Origin: Patescibacteria group bacterium
GTDB lineage: Bacteria; Patescibacteriota; Microgenomatia; UBA12405
Length of the DNA stretch: 64,000 nt
Assembly (NCBI GenBank): GCA_023380755.1
Contig: JAMCSD010000006.1
Location: forward strand, 252,735 to 316,734
Direction of reading: 5' to 3'
The position numbers and the translations under genes were made by a program. Below are positions 1 through 9,044 of this stretch, in pieces. Under the pieces are notes generated by a model, which was not told where the DNA came from, searched no databases, and saw nothing but the letters and a program-made list of their open reading frames with translations. The stretch's first letter is position 1. The number at the start of each line of letters is the position of its first letter.

Positions 1-650
1 CTGTCCATGCCGCTCTTTCCCAGCTTTTTACCCTCTACAAAAATGATCATCGCCTCATGGAGAAAAGTGAATTTATCGATGCTTATGCCTATTTTTTAAA
101 GAAAGAGCACCTCTCCTCCAAGGATTACCAAGAAGCTTTGCAGCGGGGGAATACTGCTCTCTCGGCTTACTATGATCACTACCATCAGGAGTTTACGGGT
201 GACTGCCTGGTTGATTATGACTTTGCCAAAGATCACGTTACTCTCGATGGCATCCCTGTCACCGGCCGCATTGATAAAATCGAAATTTTAGATAACCAAA
301 CTAGTGCTTTGCCCAATGTCAAAGTAGTTGATTTCAAAACTGGTAATCCCGATTCCCGCTCCGGGGAACTCAAGCTCGATGGTGATTATTTTCGCCAAAT
401 CGTCTTTTATAAGCTGCTGGCGGACAACGATCCCCAATTTAAATACCACGTTGCCTCCGGGGTTATTGATTTCATTCAGACCTCGACGCGTACCAAAAAT
501 TTTGTCAAAAAGGAATTTACCATTACTCCCGCCGCTGAGGCCGAAATTAAAAACTTAATTCACGATGTCTATCAAAAAATTACCCATCTCGAATTTCCCG
601 CTTCCCCTGATTGTGATGACCCCGATGATCTCCACCAATTAATGCCTTAA
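1..650 (+). CDS. C-terminal PD-(D/E)XK nuclease-like domain of a helicase-nuclease (UvrD/AddB-like); the 5' end lies outside the window
   Basis: Frame 3 is open from the window edge, with no stop before the listed Met at 57. GRIDKIE...VVDFKTG...YFRQIVFYKLL resembles the D...(D/E)xK and QxxxY motifs of RecB/AddB-type C-terminal nucleases. Confidence 0.55.
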   Translation, partial: VHAALSQLFTLYKNDHRLMEKSEFIDAYAYFLKKEHLSSKDYQEALQRGNTALSAYYDHYHQEFTGDCLVDYDFAKDHVTLDGIPVTGRIDKIEILDNQTSALPNVKVVDFKTGNPDSRSGELKLDGDYFRQIVFYKLLADNDPQFKYHVASGVIDFIQTSTRTKNFVKKEFTITPAAEAEIKNLIHDVYQKITHLEFPASPDCDDPDDLHQLMP

Positions 651-697
651 GCTTAACCACTCGACATTCGCCTTTTGTTTGGGTACCATTAGAGTAT

Positions 698-1816
698 ATG
701 GTCTTGGTATACCTTTTACTGGCCGTCATCATTATTCTCCTGGTCTATTTTATTGTCCGGCAAAGCCAGTCTAGACCTACCGATCTGACTGCCGAGATTG
801 TCAACAAACTCAATGAACAATTTCCTCAGGTTTTAAAGAATGCCAATGAACATTTAGTCCTTATGGCCCAACAAAAATTAGGTGCCGAAAAACAAGAAAT
901 TACTTCCGATCTTACCAACAAAAAAACAGCCATTGAAGATTTAGTCAAACGGGTCCTGGAAGAATTAAACCGTAATAACCAGGAGCTTAAACAGGTCGAG
1001 CAAAACCGGATTGGCAGTTTTTCCACCTTGGCCCAAAAGCTGGAAGAGCAAAAGGCTTTAACCCAGCAGTTATCCACCACTGCCGAAGGCCTCAAAAAGG
1101 TCTTGAGCAACAACCAGATGCGGGGAGCCTTTGGCGAAAGGATTGCCGAAGACCTGCTCAAAATGAATGGTTTTGTCCGCGGCACCGATTACGAATTTAA
1201 CAAAGAACAGGCCGGAACCGAAACCCGCCCCGACTTTGCTGTCTTTTTACCCGACGGCGCCAAAATTAATGTTGATGCCAAATTCCCTTACTCTAATTTA
1301 CAGAAAATGACTGAAGTCGAAAACCTTGATCAGAAAAACGAGTACGCTAAAGCTTTTGAACGGGACGTTCGTGACAAGATTAAGCAGGTTACCTCCCGCG
1401 ACTATATTGACCCGGAAAACAAAACCGTTGATTTCGTGATCCTTTTTATTCCCAATGAAATGATCTTTTCCTATATTTATGAAAAGATGCCCGCCGTCTG
1501 GGAAGAGGCCATGCAGAAAAAGGTCGTTTTTGCAGGTCCTTTTAGTTTCACCGCCATCTTGCGCATGGTCCGCCAAGCCTATGATAATTTCCGTTATCAA
1601 AAAAACGTTCAGCACATTATCGCCCACATCAAAGTCTTTGAAAAAGAGTTCGAAAACTATAATCTCGAATTCGATAAGATCGGCGACCGGATTGACTCTT
1701 TAGCCAAGCAATACACTGCCGTCAGTACCACCCGGACCAAACAACTCCAAAAAGTTATCGATCGTATCCGACTCAATGAAACCGACGACCACCACCAACC
1801 TCCCCTTCTTTCTTAA
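698..1816 (+). CDS. rmuC: DNA recombination protein RmuC
   Basis: 372-aa ORF with an N-terminal TM helix and a long coiled coil. The C-terminal core RPDFAVFLPDG...VDAKFPY...DFVILFIPNEMIF is typical of the RmuC family. Confidence 0.8.
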   Translation: MVLVYLLLAVIIILLVYFIVRQSQSRPTDLTAEIVNKLNEQFPQVLKNANEHLVLMAQQKLGAEKQEITSDLTNKKTAIEDLVKRVLEELNRNNQELKQVEQNRIGSFSTLAQKLEEQKALTQQLSTTAEGLKKVLSNNQMRGAFGERIAEDLLKMNGFVRGTDYEFNKEQAGTETRPDFAVFLPDGAKINVDAKFPYSNLQKMTEVENLDQKNEYAKAFERDVRDKIKQVTSRDYIDPENKTVDFVILFIPNEMIFSYIYEKMPAVWEEAMQKKVVFAGPFSFTAILRMVRQAYDNFRYQKNVQHIIAHIKVFEKEFENYNLEFDKIGDRIDSLAKQYTAVSTTRTKQLQKVIDRIRLNETDDHHQPPLLS

Positions 1817-2087
1817 GCTCTACCTGGCCCTCGCCCTTTGGCTCTGCTTAGCCTTTCTGGTATTCTTTACTTCTCCGGTTCCTTTGACCATCTTCGTTAC
1901 TGCCCTTTTCCTTTTTTTTGCGCTGTATTTCTCCTTAAATTTGCTGATAAAAAAAACTAAAATTAATTTAACTCTAGCTGAATTAGTCCTGAGTTTGGTT
2001 GTTTTATCCGTCATCCGGCAATTTAATCTTATTAATATTGCCCTATGCATAGGCTTATCCGTCGTGATCTATTTCTTATTGCCTTAA
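1776..2087 (+). CDS. small integral membrane protein (hypothetical)
   Basis: 103-aa ORF with an ATG start that overlaps the rmuC 3' end. It contains three to four hydrophobic helices. No family recognised. Confidence 0.5.
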   Translation: MKPTTTTNLPFFLKLYLALALWLCLAFLVFFTSPVPLTIFVTALFLFFALYFSLNLLIKKTKINLTLAELVLSLVVLSVIRQFNLINIALCIGLSVVIYFLLP

Positions 2088-2100
2088 GTATCCCTCCCCC

Positions 2101-2129
2101 TTGACAGCTGTTAGCAGTCAGAATATTAT
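2101..2129 (+). promoter_or_regulatory. sigma70-type promoter of the hrcA-grpE-dnaK operon
   Basis: TTGACA (2101-2106), a 17-nt spacer, then TATTAT (2124-2129). The ATG of hrcA is 9 nt after the -10 box and no SD is present. Confidence 0.6.
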
Positions 2130-2137
2130 ATTGCTAA
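2111..2137 (+). promoter_or_regulatory. CIRCE-like HrcA operator
   Basis: TTAGCAGTC-N9-TATTGCTAA against the CIRCE consensus TTAGCACTC-N9-GAGTGCTAA. It has perfect TTAGCA/TGCTAA arms and exact 9-nt spacing, overlaps the promoter spacer and -10 box, and sits directly upstream of hrcA. Confidence 0.65.
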
Positions 2138-2138
2138 T

Positions 2139-2876
2139 ATGGCCGATCTAACTCAACGTCAAATTCGTATTTTGAAGTCTATCGTTGAAGAGTTCATTGA
2201 AACAGCGGAAGCCGTCGGTTCCGAAACTCTCGAGAAAAAATTTAACCTTGGAGTCTCCTCCGCGACCATCCGCAATGAAATGGCTGCCCTCACCCAGCTC
2301 GGTTTTTTAAAAAAAGGTCACCTGTCTGCCGGCCGCGCCCCGACCTCTATGGGCCTAAAGTATTATGTTCGTAATTTAATGACCCCCAAAACTCTGTCCA
2401 TTAACGAGGAAATTGGGGCTAAGGAAAAAGTTTGGGATTTCCGCAATGAATTTGAACGGTTGATTCGCGAAGCCACCAAAGAATTAGCCTGCCGCACCCG
2501 CTCCATGGCTCTCGCCACCACTGATCACGGCGCCATTTACAGCTATGGTGCCTCCAATCTTTTGGAGCAGCCGGAGTTTTTTGATATTGATGTCACCAAG
2601 ACCGTCCTCTCGCTCATTGATAACACTAATTACTGGTTTGATATCGATAACAAAGTCGGCGATAATCTCGACGAAACTAAAGACATGGTCCACCTTTTGA
2701 TCGGTGAGGATTTAGGCCTGGAGCATCTTGAGCCCTGCGGCTTTATTTATCAGCGCTATCAAGCCGGCCCTCATCGCGGCATCTTAGGGGTGGTTGGGCC
2801 AGCCCGCTTCCGTTACCAATATGTGGTGCCGGTCGTTGATTATTTCGCCGAATTAGTTTCCACAATTACTGGTTAA
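2139..2876 (+). CDS. hrcA: heat-inducible transcription repressor HrcA (short form, 245 aa)
   Basis: N-terminal winged helix LTQRQIRILKSIVEEFIETAEAVGSETL...SSATIRNEMAALTQLGFL, followed by grpE-dnaK. Confidence 0.85.
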   Translation: MADLTQRQIRILKSIVEEFIETAEAVGSETLEKKFNLGVSSATIRNEMAALTQLGFLKKGHLSAGRAPTSMGLKYYVRNLMTPKTLSINEEIGAKEKVWDFRNEFERLIREATKELACRTRSMALATTDHGAIYSYGASNLLEQPEFFDIDVTKTVLSLIDNTNYWFDIDNKVGDNLDETKDMVHLLIGEDLGLEHLEPCGFIYQRYQAGPHRGILGVVGPARFRYQYVVPVVDYFAELVSTITG

Positions 2877-2884
2877 AAATACTG

Positions 2885-3373
2885 ATGGATACCACCCAAA
2901 AAAGTGATCCCAAAGGTCAAGGGGCCAAAAAAACTAGCAAAAATGACCAAGAAATCTCAGCCTTAACCCAAGAAGTCAAGGATCTTAAGGAAAAGTTAGC
3001 CCGAGCTTTGGCTGATTATTCTAACCTAGAAAAACGGATCGATAGTCAACGCCAGCTTATTGCCACTTTAACCGTTACCGCCATTGTCAATCAGTTCATC
3101 GGCGTCTTAGATGATCTTTATCTCGTTAACGACCATCTCCGCGATGAGGGTCTAAAAATTACCGTTGAAAAGTTTGCCACTACTCTTAAAGCTCAGGGGG
3201 TCATCGAAATTGATGCCCTGGGAAAAGAATTTGATCCGGCCACCATGGAATGTATCGACGTCAAAGAAGGCCCCGTCAACCAGGTCCTGGAAGTTTCCAA
3301 GAAAGGCTATCAATTAAATGGCCAGATGATCCGTCCCGCCCAAGTCGTGGTGGGCAAAACCTTAAGCAATTAA
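2885..3373 (+). CDS. grpE: nucleotide exchange factor GrpE
   Basis: 162 aa. Coiled coil LKEKLARALADYSNLEKRIDSQRQ and a C-terminal beta domain GYQLNGQMIRPAQVVV. Located between hrcA and dnaK. Confidence 0.9.
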   Translation: MDTTQKSDPKGQGAKKTSKNDQEISALTQEVKDLKEKLARALADYSNLEKRIDSQRQLIATLTVTAIVNQFIGVLDDLYLVNDHLRDEGLKITVEKFATTLKAQGVIEIDALGKEFDPATMECIDVKEGPVNQVLEVSKKGYQLNGQMIRPAQVVVGKTLSN

Positions 3374-3395
3374 ATTATTATATTAACTAAATACT

Positions 3396-5306
3396 ATGGC
3401 ACAAAAAATAATCGGTATTGATTTAGGTACTACTAATTCTTGTGTGGCTGTCATGGAAGCCGGCAAGCCCAAAGTCATTATTACTTCCGAAGGCCGTAAT
3501 GTAATCCCTTCGGTGGTGGAACCGGTCAAAAAACTGGTCGGTGATTTAGCTAAACGGCAGATGGTTCTCAACCCCAAAAATACGGTTTATAGTGTTAAGC
3601 GCTTAATGGGCCGCCGTATTGATGACCCCGAAGTTGAAAAAACTAAAAAAGTTGTACCTTACAAAATTGTTGCCGGCAAAGATAATATGGCCGCCGTGGA
3701 GATTGAAGGCAAAGTCTATACTCCTCAAGAGATTTCCGCCATGATCCTGCAAAAAGCCAAATCGGACGCCGAGAAATACTTAGGTGAAAAAGTGACCGAT
3801 GCCGTTATTACCTGCCCCGCCTACTTCGATGATTCCCAGCGCCAAGCCACTAAGCAGGCTGGTGAAATCTCCGGTTTAAACGTCAAGCGGATTGTCAATG
3901 AACCCACTGCTGCTGCCCTGGCTTATGGCCTCGATAAAAAGAAAAAGGGCACTATTGCTGTTTATGATTTAGGCGGCGGGACCTTTGATATTTCTGTTTT
4001 GGAAATTGGTGATGGTGTTTTTGAGGTCCGGGCCACCAATGGTGATACCTTCCTCGGTGGTGATGATTTCGACCAACGGATTATTCAGTGGCTGCTTGAT
4101 GACTTCAAGAAACAAAATGGTGTCGACTTAAGCCAGGACCCTCAAGCCTTACAACGGGTCCGCGAAGCCGCCGAAAAAGCCAAAATTGAATTAAGCAACT
4201 CTTTTGAAACCGAAATTAATTTGCCATTCATTACCCAAAAAGGTGGCCAGCCGCTGCATCTGACTGCTAAGCTGACCCGCGCCGAATTGGAAAAGTTAGT
4301 TGATGATTTAATTCAAAAAACTTTGGATCCCGTTAAGAAGTGCTTAAGTGATGCCGGTGTCACTACCACCGAGATCACCGATATTCTGATGGTCGGCGGT
4401 ATGACTCGCATGCCCAAGGTCCAAGAAGTGGTCAAGAACTTCTTCGGTAAGGATTTAAATATGACCGTTAATCCCGATGAAGTAGTCGCCATTGGCGCTG
4501 CCGTCCAGGGAGCTGTCTTAACCGGGGAAGTCAAAGATGTGGTCCTTTTGGATGTTACTCCGTTAACTTTGGGAATCGAAACTGCTGGTGGTGTCCGTAC
4601 TCCCTTAATTGACCGCAATACCACCGTTCCCACCCGCAAATCCCAAGTCTTCTCTACTTATTCCGATAATCAGCCCCAAGTGGAAATCAATGTCCTTCAG
4701 GGTGAGCGGCCGATGGCCTCGGACAACAAATCTTTAGGCCGTTTCATTCTTGACGGCATTCCTCCGGCACCCCGTGGTGTTCCCCAAGTCGAAGTCACCT
4801 TCGATATTGATTCCAACGGCATCTTAAGTGTCAGCGCCAAGGATAAGGGCACTAACAAAGAGCAAAAGATTACCATCCAAAACGCCACCAATCTTTCCAA
4901 CGAAGAAGTCGAAAAGATGAAGGCCGATGCCGAGCTCCATGCCCGCGAAGATGAAGAAAAGCGTCTCCAGGTAGAGTCCAAAAATAAGCTCGATAGCACC
5001 ATTTTTAGTGCCGAAAAAATGCTCAAAGACTTAGGTGACAAAGTTAAGGCTGATGACAAAACCAAAATTGAAGACCAGGTTAAAAAAGCCAAAGAAATCC
5101 TGGCCAAGCCCGATGCTAAAAAAGATGAGTATGACCGGACTGCTGATGAGTTAAGCCAAATTATCCAAACCGTGGGCGCCGCCATTTATCAGCAGCAACA
5201 ATCAGCCTCCGGTGGCCAACCAGGCGCCGCTGGCCCCTCTGACCAAGGTCCTGCCAAAGGTGGTCCCAAAGGTCCCGAGCCCGAAGAAGGCGAGATCGTA
5301 AAATAA
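3396..5306 (+). CDS. dnaK: molecular chaperone DnaK (Hsp70)
   Basis: 636 aa. Contains [32 protein letters not shown] and a C-terminal lid. Confidence 0.98.
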   Translation: MAQKIIGIDLGTTNSCVAVMEAGKPKVIITSEGRNVIPSVVEPVKKLVGDLAKRQMVLNPKNTVYSVKRLMGRRIDDPEVEKTKKVVPYKIVAGKDNMAAVEIEGKVYTPQEISAMILQKAKSDAEKYLGEKVTDAVITCPAYFDDSQRQATKQAGEISGLNVKRIVNEPTAAALAYGLDKKKKGTIAVYDLGGGTFDISVLEIGDGVFEVRATNGDTFLGGDDFDQRIIQWLLDDFKKQNGVDLSQDPQALQRVREAAEKAKIELSNSFETEINLPFITQKGGQPLHLTAKLTRAELEKLVDDLIQKTLDPVKKCLSDAGVTTTEITDILMVGGMTRMPKVQEVVKNFFGKDLNMTVNPDEVVAIGAAVQGAVLTGEVKDVVLLDVTPLTLGIETAGGVRTPLIDRNTTVPTRKSQVFSTYSDNQPQVEINVLQGERPMASDNKSLGRFILDGIPPAPRGVPQVEVTFDIDSNGILSVSAKDKGTNKEQKITIQNATNLSNEEVEKMKADAELHAREDEEKRLQVESKNKLDSTIFSAEKMLKDLGDKVKADDKTKIEDQVKKAKEILAKPDAKKDEYDRTADELSQIIQTVGAAIYQQQQSASGGQPGAAGPSDQGPAKGGPKGPEPEEGEIVK

Positions 5307-5570
5307 ATGATCATCGAGAAAAAAATCTTACCAGGTTATTTTGATGACATTTCTTCCGGCAAGAAGAAATATGAGTTAAGGTTGGCGGACTGGCCCTGCC
5401 GCGAAGGTGATATCCTTTATCTCCGCGAATGGGATCCGGCCACCCGCCAATATACCGGCCGGGAAGTCAAGAAAAAAATTACCTATGTTAAGGTTTTCAA
5501 AACAGATCAACTTTTTTGGCCCAAAGCCGATGTCGACAAGTATGGTTTACAGGTTATGTCACTGGAATAA
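5307..5570 (+). CDS. ASCH/DUF3850-like PUA-fold small protein
   Basis: 87 aa. [44 protein letters not shown] matches the DUF3850/ASCH pattern (xYFxxVxxGxKxFExRxxDRxxxxGDxLxLxEYD...YTGR). The start abuts the dnaK stop, and the stop overlaps the dnaJ start (TAATG). Confidence 0.65.
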   Translation: MIIEKKILPGYFDDISSGKKKYELRLADWPCREGDILYLREWDPATRQYTGREVKKKITYVKVFKTDQLFWPKADVDKYGLQVMSLE

Positions 5571-6433
5571 TGAAGCGGGATTATTATGAAGTCCTAGGCG
5601 TTCGCAAGGGTGCTTCCAAAGAGGAAATTAAAAGCGCCTATCGCAAGCTTGCCCTCCAATACCATCCGGACCGTAATAAAGAGCCTGGTGCCGAGGATAA
5701 GTTTAAGGAGATCAATGAAGCCTATGAAATCCTCAGCAATGAGCAGAAGCGCTCCGCTTACGACCAGTTTGGCCATGCCGCTTTTGATCCCAATGCTGGC
5801 GGTTTTGGCGGCCATACTTATAGCAGCCAAAATGGTCCTTTTACTTACACCTGGAGCAGCGGCGGCAATCCTTTTGGGGAGAACGCCAACTTCGATTTTG
5901 GCGGTTTTAGCAATCCTTTTGATATCTTCGAGCAATTTTTCGGCGGTTCTTTTGGTGGTGCCTCCCGGCAGCGAACCGCTCGGTTACCGACTTACAAAAT
6001 CGAGCTCACTTTCTTGGAAGCGGCCAACGGCGTCGAAAAGGAAGTCAACCTAAATGGCCAGCGCAAAACGGTTAAAATACCTGCCGGAGTTGACGATGGC
6101 CAGCGGATCCGTTTTAGTGATTTTATTCTCTATATTGATGTTTTACCCGATAATACCTTCAAACGTGATGGTAATGATGTCTATGTTAACGTCAACTTAA
6201 GTCTCAAACAGGCCATCTTGGGGGATGAAATTGCCGTTCCCACCCTCGACCGTCAGCCTCTAAAAATCAAAGTTAAACCCGGTACCCAACCCAATACTCT
6301 CGTCCGCCTTCGGGGGCAGGGGATTCCTGATGTATCCAACAACCGCTACCGGGGCGATTTGTACATCCGCCTCATGGTGGAAATTCCCACCCATCTTAAC
6401 TCCCGCCAGAAAGAAATCATCAAAGAGCTGTAA
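5570..6433 (+). CDS. dnaJ: J-domain co-chaperone, DnaJ/CbpA-like class B (no zinc-finger domain)
   Basis: [11 protein letters not shown]...YHPDRN J-domain, a G/F-rich linker and C-terminal substrate-binding domains. The protein contains no cysteine at all, so the CxxCxGxG repeats are absent. I chose the start at 5570 rather than the ORF-track 5516 so that the J-domain is N-terminal. Confidence 0.85.
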   Translation: MKRDYYEVLGVRKGASKEEIKSAYRKLALQYHPDRNKEPGAEDKFKEINEAYEILSNEQKRSAYDQFGHAAFDPNAGGFGGHTYSSQNGPFTYTWSSGGNPFGENANFDFGGFSNPFDIFEQFFGGSFGGASRQRTARLPTYKIELTFLEAANGVEKEVNLNGQRKTVKIPAGVDDGQRIRFSDFILYIDVLPDNTFKRDGNDVYVNVNLSLKQAILGDEIAVPTLDRQPLKIKVKPGTQPNTLVRLRGQGIPDVSNNRYRGDLYIRLMVEIPTHLNSRQKEIIKEL

Positions 6434-6467
6434 TCTTGTAAAAACCCCCGATTTTCCTCAAGCGATC

Positions 6468-6476
6468 TGCTATAAT
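6468..6476 (+). promoter_or_regulatory. extended -10 promoter element (TGcTATAAT) upstream of nusA
   Basis: Perfect TGnTATAAT lies in the dnaJ-nusA spacer. No good -35 box. Confidence 0.45.
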
Positions 6477-6502
6477 ATCCATCAGTTACACTGTTGATCT
6501 AT

Positions 6503-6531
6503 AAATGGGGGCGGGTTGTCCCCATTTTTTT
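6503..6531 (+). terminator. intrinsic terminator or attenuator hairpin immediately upstream of nusA
   Basis: AUGGGGGC (6505-6512) pairs with GUCCCCAU (6518-6525) around a 5-nt loop. A run of 7 T follows (6525-6531), and the nusA ATG is at 6535. Confidence 0.6.
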
Positions 6532-6534
6532 ACT

Positions 6535-7545
6535 ATGGATTTAAAAAAACTACCGAAAACAGAATTCGCGGCAGCAGTTGCCCAAATCGCCGGGGAAAGG
6601 GATATTGACGTCCAATCCATTCTTGACTCGATTGAGCTCGGTCTAATTTCTGCCTACAAGCGTGACCAGAAAGAGCGTGGTGTGGAAGTTGCCGAAACCA
6701 CTGAGTTTACAGTTGAACTGGCTCCGGAAACCGGTGCCTTTAAGGTTTATGAGCTTAAAGACAGCGGCCGGAAGGTCGATGTCACCCCTCCGGGCTTTGG
6801 CCGAATTGCCGCTCAAACTGCCAAGCAAGTCATCGACCAAAAAATTTTTGAAGCTGAAAAGGAAAAAATTATTGCCGATTATGTCCAAAAAGTAGGCACC
6901 CTCATTACCGGTACCGTGCTTCGGGTCGACCCCTACAAAATAACCGTTGGTGTGGGAAAAACAGAAGGTCTTGTGCCCCGTGATGAACAGGTTCGGGGAG
7001 AAAATTTCATGCTTGGCGGCAAAAAGCTCTTTTTGCTCAAAGACATTGCGGTTAATCCCGAGACTACTAAGAAAGAAATTATTCTTTCCCGCAAAGACAA
7101 CGAATTCATTCGCCAGCTTTTTATTCGCGAGGTTCCGGAAGTGGCCAATCGCAGCGTGAAGATCGAAAAAATTGCTCGGGCTGCTGGCGAGCGGACTAAA
7201 GTTGCCGTTTCTTCCAGCCAGTCGGGTGTTGATCCGGTCGGCTCTTGTATCGGCCAAAAAGGTTCTCGGATTCAATCCATTCTCAATGAATTACCGCCTG
7301 GGGAGAAGATTGACGTCGTTCTCTTCTCCAAAAATCAGCCGTTATTTGTAGTCAATGCCTTATCACCAGCCCAAAATGTTACGGTCGAATCAATCAAGAA
7401 TGGAGTTGCCACCGTCCTCGTTCCCGAAGATCAGCTGGCTTTGGCCATAGGCGCTGGTGGGGAAAATGTTAAACTAGCGGGGCTTCTGGTCGGTCTCGAG
7501 ATCAAAGTTACCTCTGCCGCCGAAGCTGCTCCAGCCGCCGCCTAG
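6535..7545 (+). CDS. nusA: transcription termination/antitermination factor NusA
   Basis: Contains LISAYKRD (N-terminal domain), an S1 domain (GTLITGTVLRVDPYKITV) and KH domains (GSCIGQKGSRIQ, LAIGAGGENVKLA). I preferred the start at 6535 over 6505, which lies inside the hairpin. Confidence 0.9.
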   Translation: MDLKKLPKTEFAAAVAQIAGERDIDVQSILDSIELGLISAYKRDQKERGVEVAETTEFTVELAPETGAFKVYELKDSGRKVDVTPPGFGRIAAQTAKQVIDQKIFEAEKEKIIADYVQKVGTLITGTVLRVDPYKITVGVGKTEGLVPRDEQVRGENFMLGGKKLFLLKDIAVNPETTKKEIILSRKDNEFIRQLFIREVPEVANRSVKIEKIARAAGERTKVAVSSSQSGVDPVGSCIGQKGSRIQSILNELPPGEKIDVVLFSKNQPLFVVNALSPAQNVTVESIKNGVATVLVPEDQLALAIGAGGENVKLAGLLVGLEIKVTSAAEAAPAAA

Positions 7546-7602
7546 GTTGGGTGTATTATTAATCATCTGCCCGACCCTTTAGGGGATTTTTTGGGGTTAA
7601 AA

Positions 7603-9039
7603 ATGGCTAACAATAAAATACTATATCGACCACCAATTGTTACTGTGATGGGACATATCGATCATGGTAAAACCACTCTCCTCGACAAAATTCGTGGTGC
7701 CTCGGTCGCTTCCCGTGAAGCCGGGGGCATCACCCAGCACGTGGCCGCCTACCAGGTAACCATTAGCCGCAAGGATGGCCAAAAAACAATTACCTTTATT
7801 GACACTCCCGGGCACGCCGCCTTTAGCGCCATGCGCTCTCGTGGCGCCAAGTTAACTGATATGGTCGTCCTGGTCATTGCCGCCACCGACGGGATTATGG
7901 CCCAAACCAAAGAAAGTATTGCCCATATTAAAGCTGCCGATCTTCCGGTCATTGTTGCCATGAACAAAATGGATTTGGAAACCGCCTCCCCCGAAAAGGT
8001 TAAAGGTCAACTGGTGGAAGTCGAACTGACTCCCGAAGAATACGGCGGCCAAGTCGCCGTTATCCCGGTTTCGGCTAAAACCGGCCAAGGAATTGAGGCT
8101 CTCATCGATCGGATCATGCTTCAGGCGGAAGTGATGGAGTTGGTCTCCGAGCCCCAGGCTCCACTGTTGGGTACCATTATTGAATCGCGTCTCGATAAGA
8201 ACCGCGGGCCCGTCGCTACGGCTATTGTCCAGAAAGGGACCTTGCATGTTGGTAACCAATTATTTGCCGAATCTGTTTTCTGTAAGGTTAAAGCTTTAGT
8301 CGATTCCACCGGAAAAAACGTTATTACCGCCGGTCCCAGCACTCCTGTCGAAATTTTAGGTTTCGAATCCGTCCCTGCCATAGGCGCTCAAATAACCCCG
8401 GAAAAAATAACTGCCGTCACCCTAACTCCACCTCCCCAAATCACTGTCAGTGGCGCCGAAACCCCCAAACTAAAGGTCATTATCAAAGCTGATGTCAATG
8501 GTAGCTTGGAAGCTCTGCTCAACAGTCTTTCCGATGATGTGGACGTGATCTCCTCTGGGATTGGAGCCGTCTCCGATAATGATATTTTTATGGCTAGTGC
8601 CTCCCACGCCCAAATTTATGCCTTTAATGTCAAAATCCCCTCAACTGTCACCAAACTGGCTGACAACGAAAAAGTCAAGATCTTTGAATCCCGCATCATC
8701 TACGAAATTCTCGAGGATATCGAGAAAAAGGTCTTAAAGCTCCTCGAGCCCACTATCGATGAGGATATCTTAGGGGAAGGCCGGATTAAAGCTGAATTCA
8801 AGATTAACGGTACCCGGATTGCCGGGGTCGAAGTCACCAAAGGTGAGATTGCCAAAGGCGATAGCATCCACCTTAAGCGCGAAAATAAGATTGCTAAAGA
8901 TACTAAGATCGAAGGCATCCACCAAGCCAAAAACACCGTTGAACGGGTTAAAGCCGGGTCTGAATGCGGCTTAACCTTTAAGCCTTACGTTGACTTTAAA
9001 CTCAACGATGTTATAATATCCTATAACAAGAAAGAATAA
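7603..9039 (+). CDS. infB: translation initiation factor IF-2 (short form, about 478 aa)
   Basis: The G domain starts about 10 aa from the N-terminus (VTVMGHIDHGKTTLLD, DTPGH, NKMD, SAK). Domains II to C2 follow. ATG at 7603; the ORF track begins at an in-frame TTG at 7591. Confidence 0.92.
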   Translation: MANNKILYRPPIVTVMGHIDHGKTTLLDKIRGASVASREAGGITQHVAAYQVTISRKDGQKTITFIDTPGHAAFSAMRSRGAKLTDMVVLVIAATDGIMAQTKESIAHIKAADLPVIVAMNKMDLETASPEKVKGQLVEVELTPEEYGGQVAVIPVSAKTGQGIEALIDRIMLQAEVMELVSEPQAPLLGTIIESRLDKNRGPVATAIVQKGTLHVGNQLFAESVFCKVKALVDSTGKNVITAGPSTPVEILGFESVPAIGAQITPEKITAVTLTPPPQITVSGAETPKLKVIIKADVNGSLEALLNSLSDDVDVISSGIGAVSDNDIFMASASHAQIYAFNVKIPSTVTKLADNEKVKIFESRIIYEILEDIEKKVLKLLEPTIDEDILGEGRIKAEFKINGTRIAGVEVTKGEIAKGDSIHLKRENKIAKDTKIEGIHQAKNTVERVKAGSECGLTFKPYVDFKLNDVIISYNKKE

Positions 9040-9044
9040 ACTCC

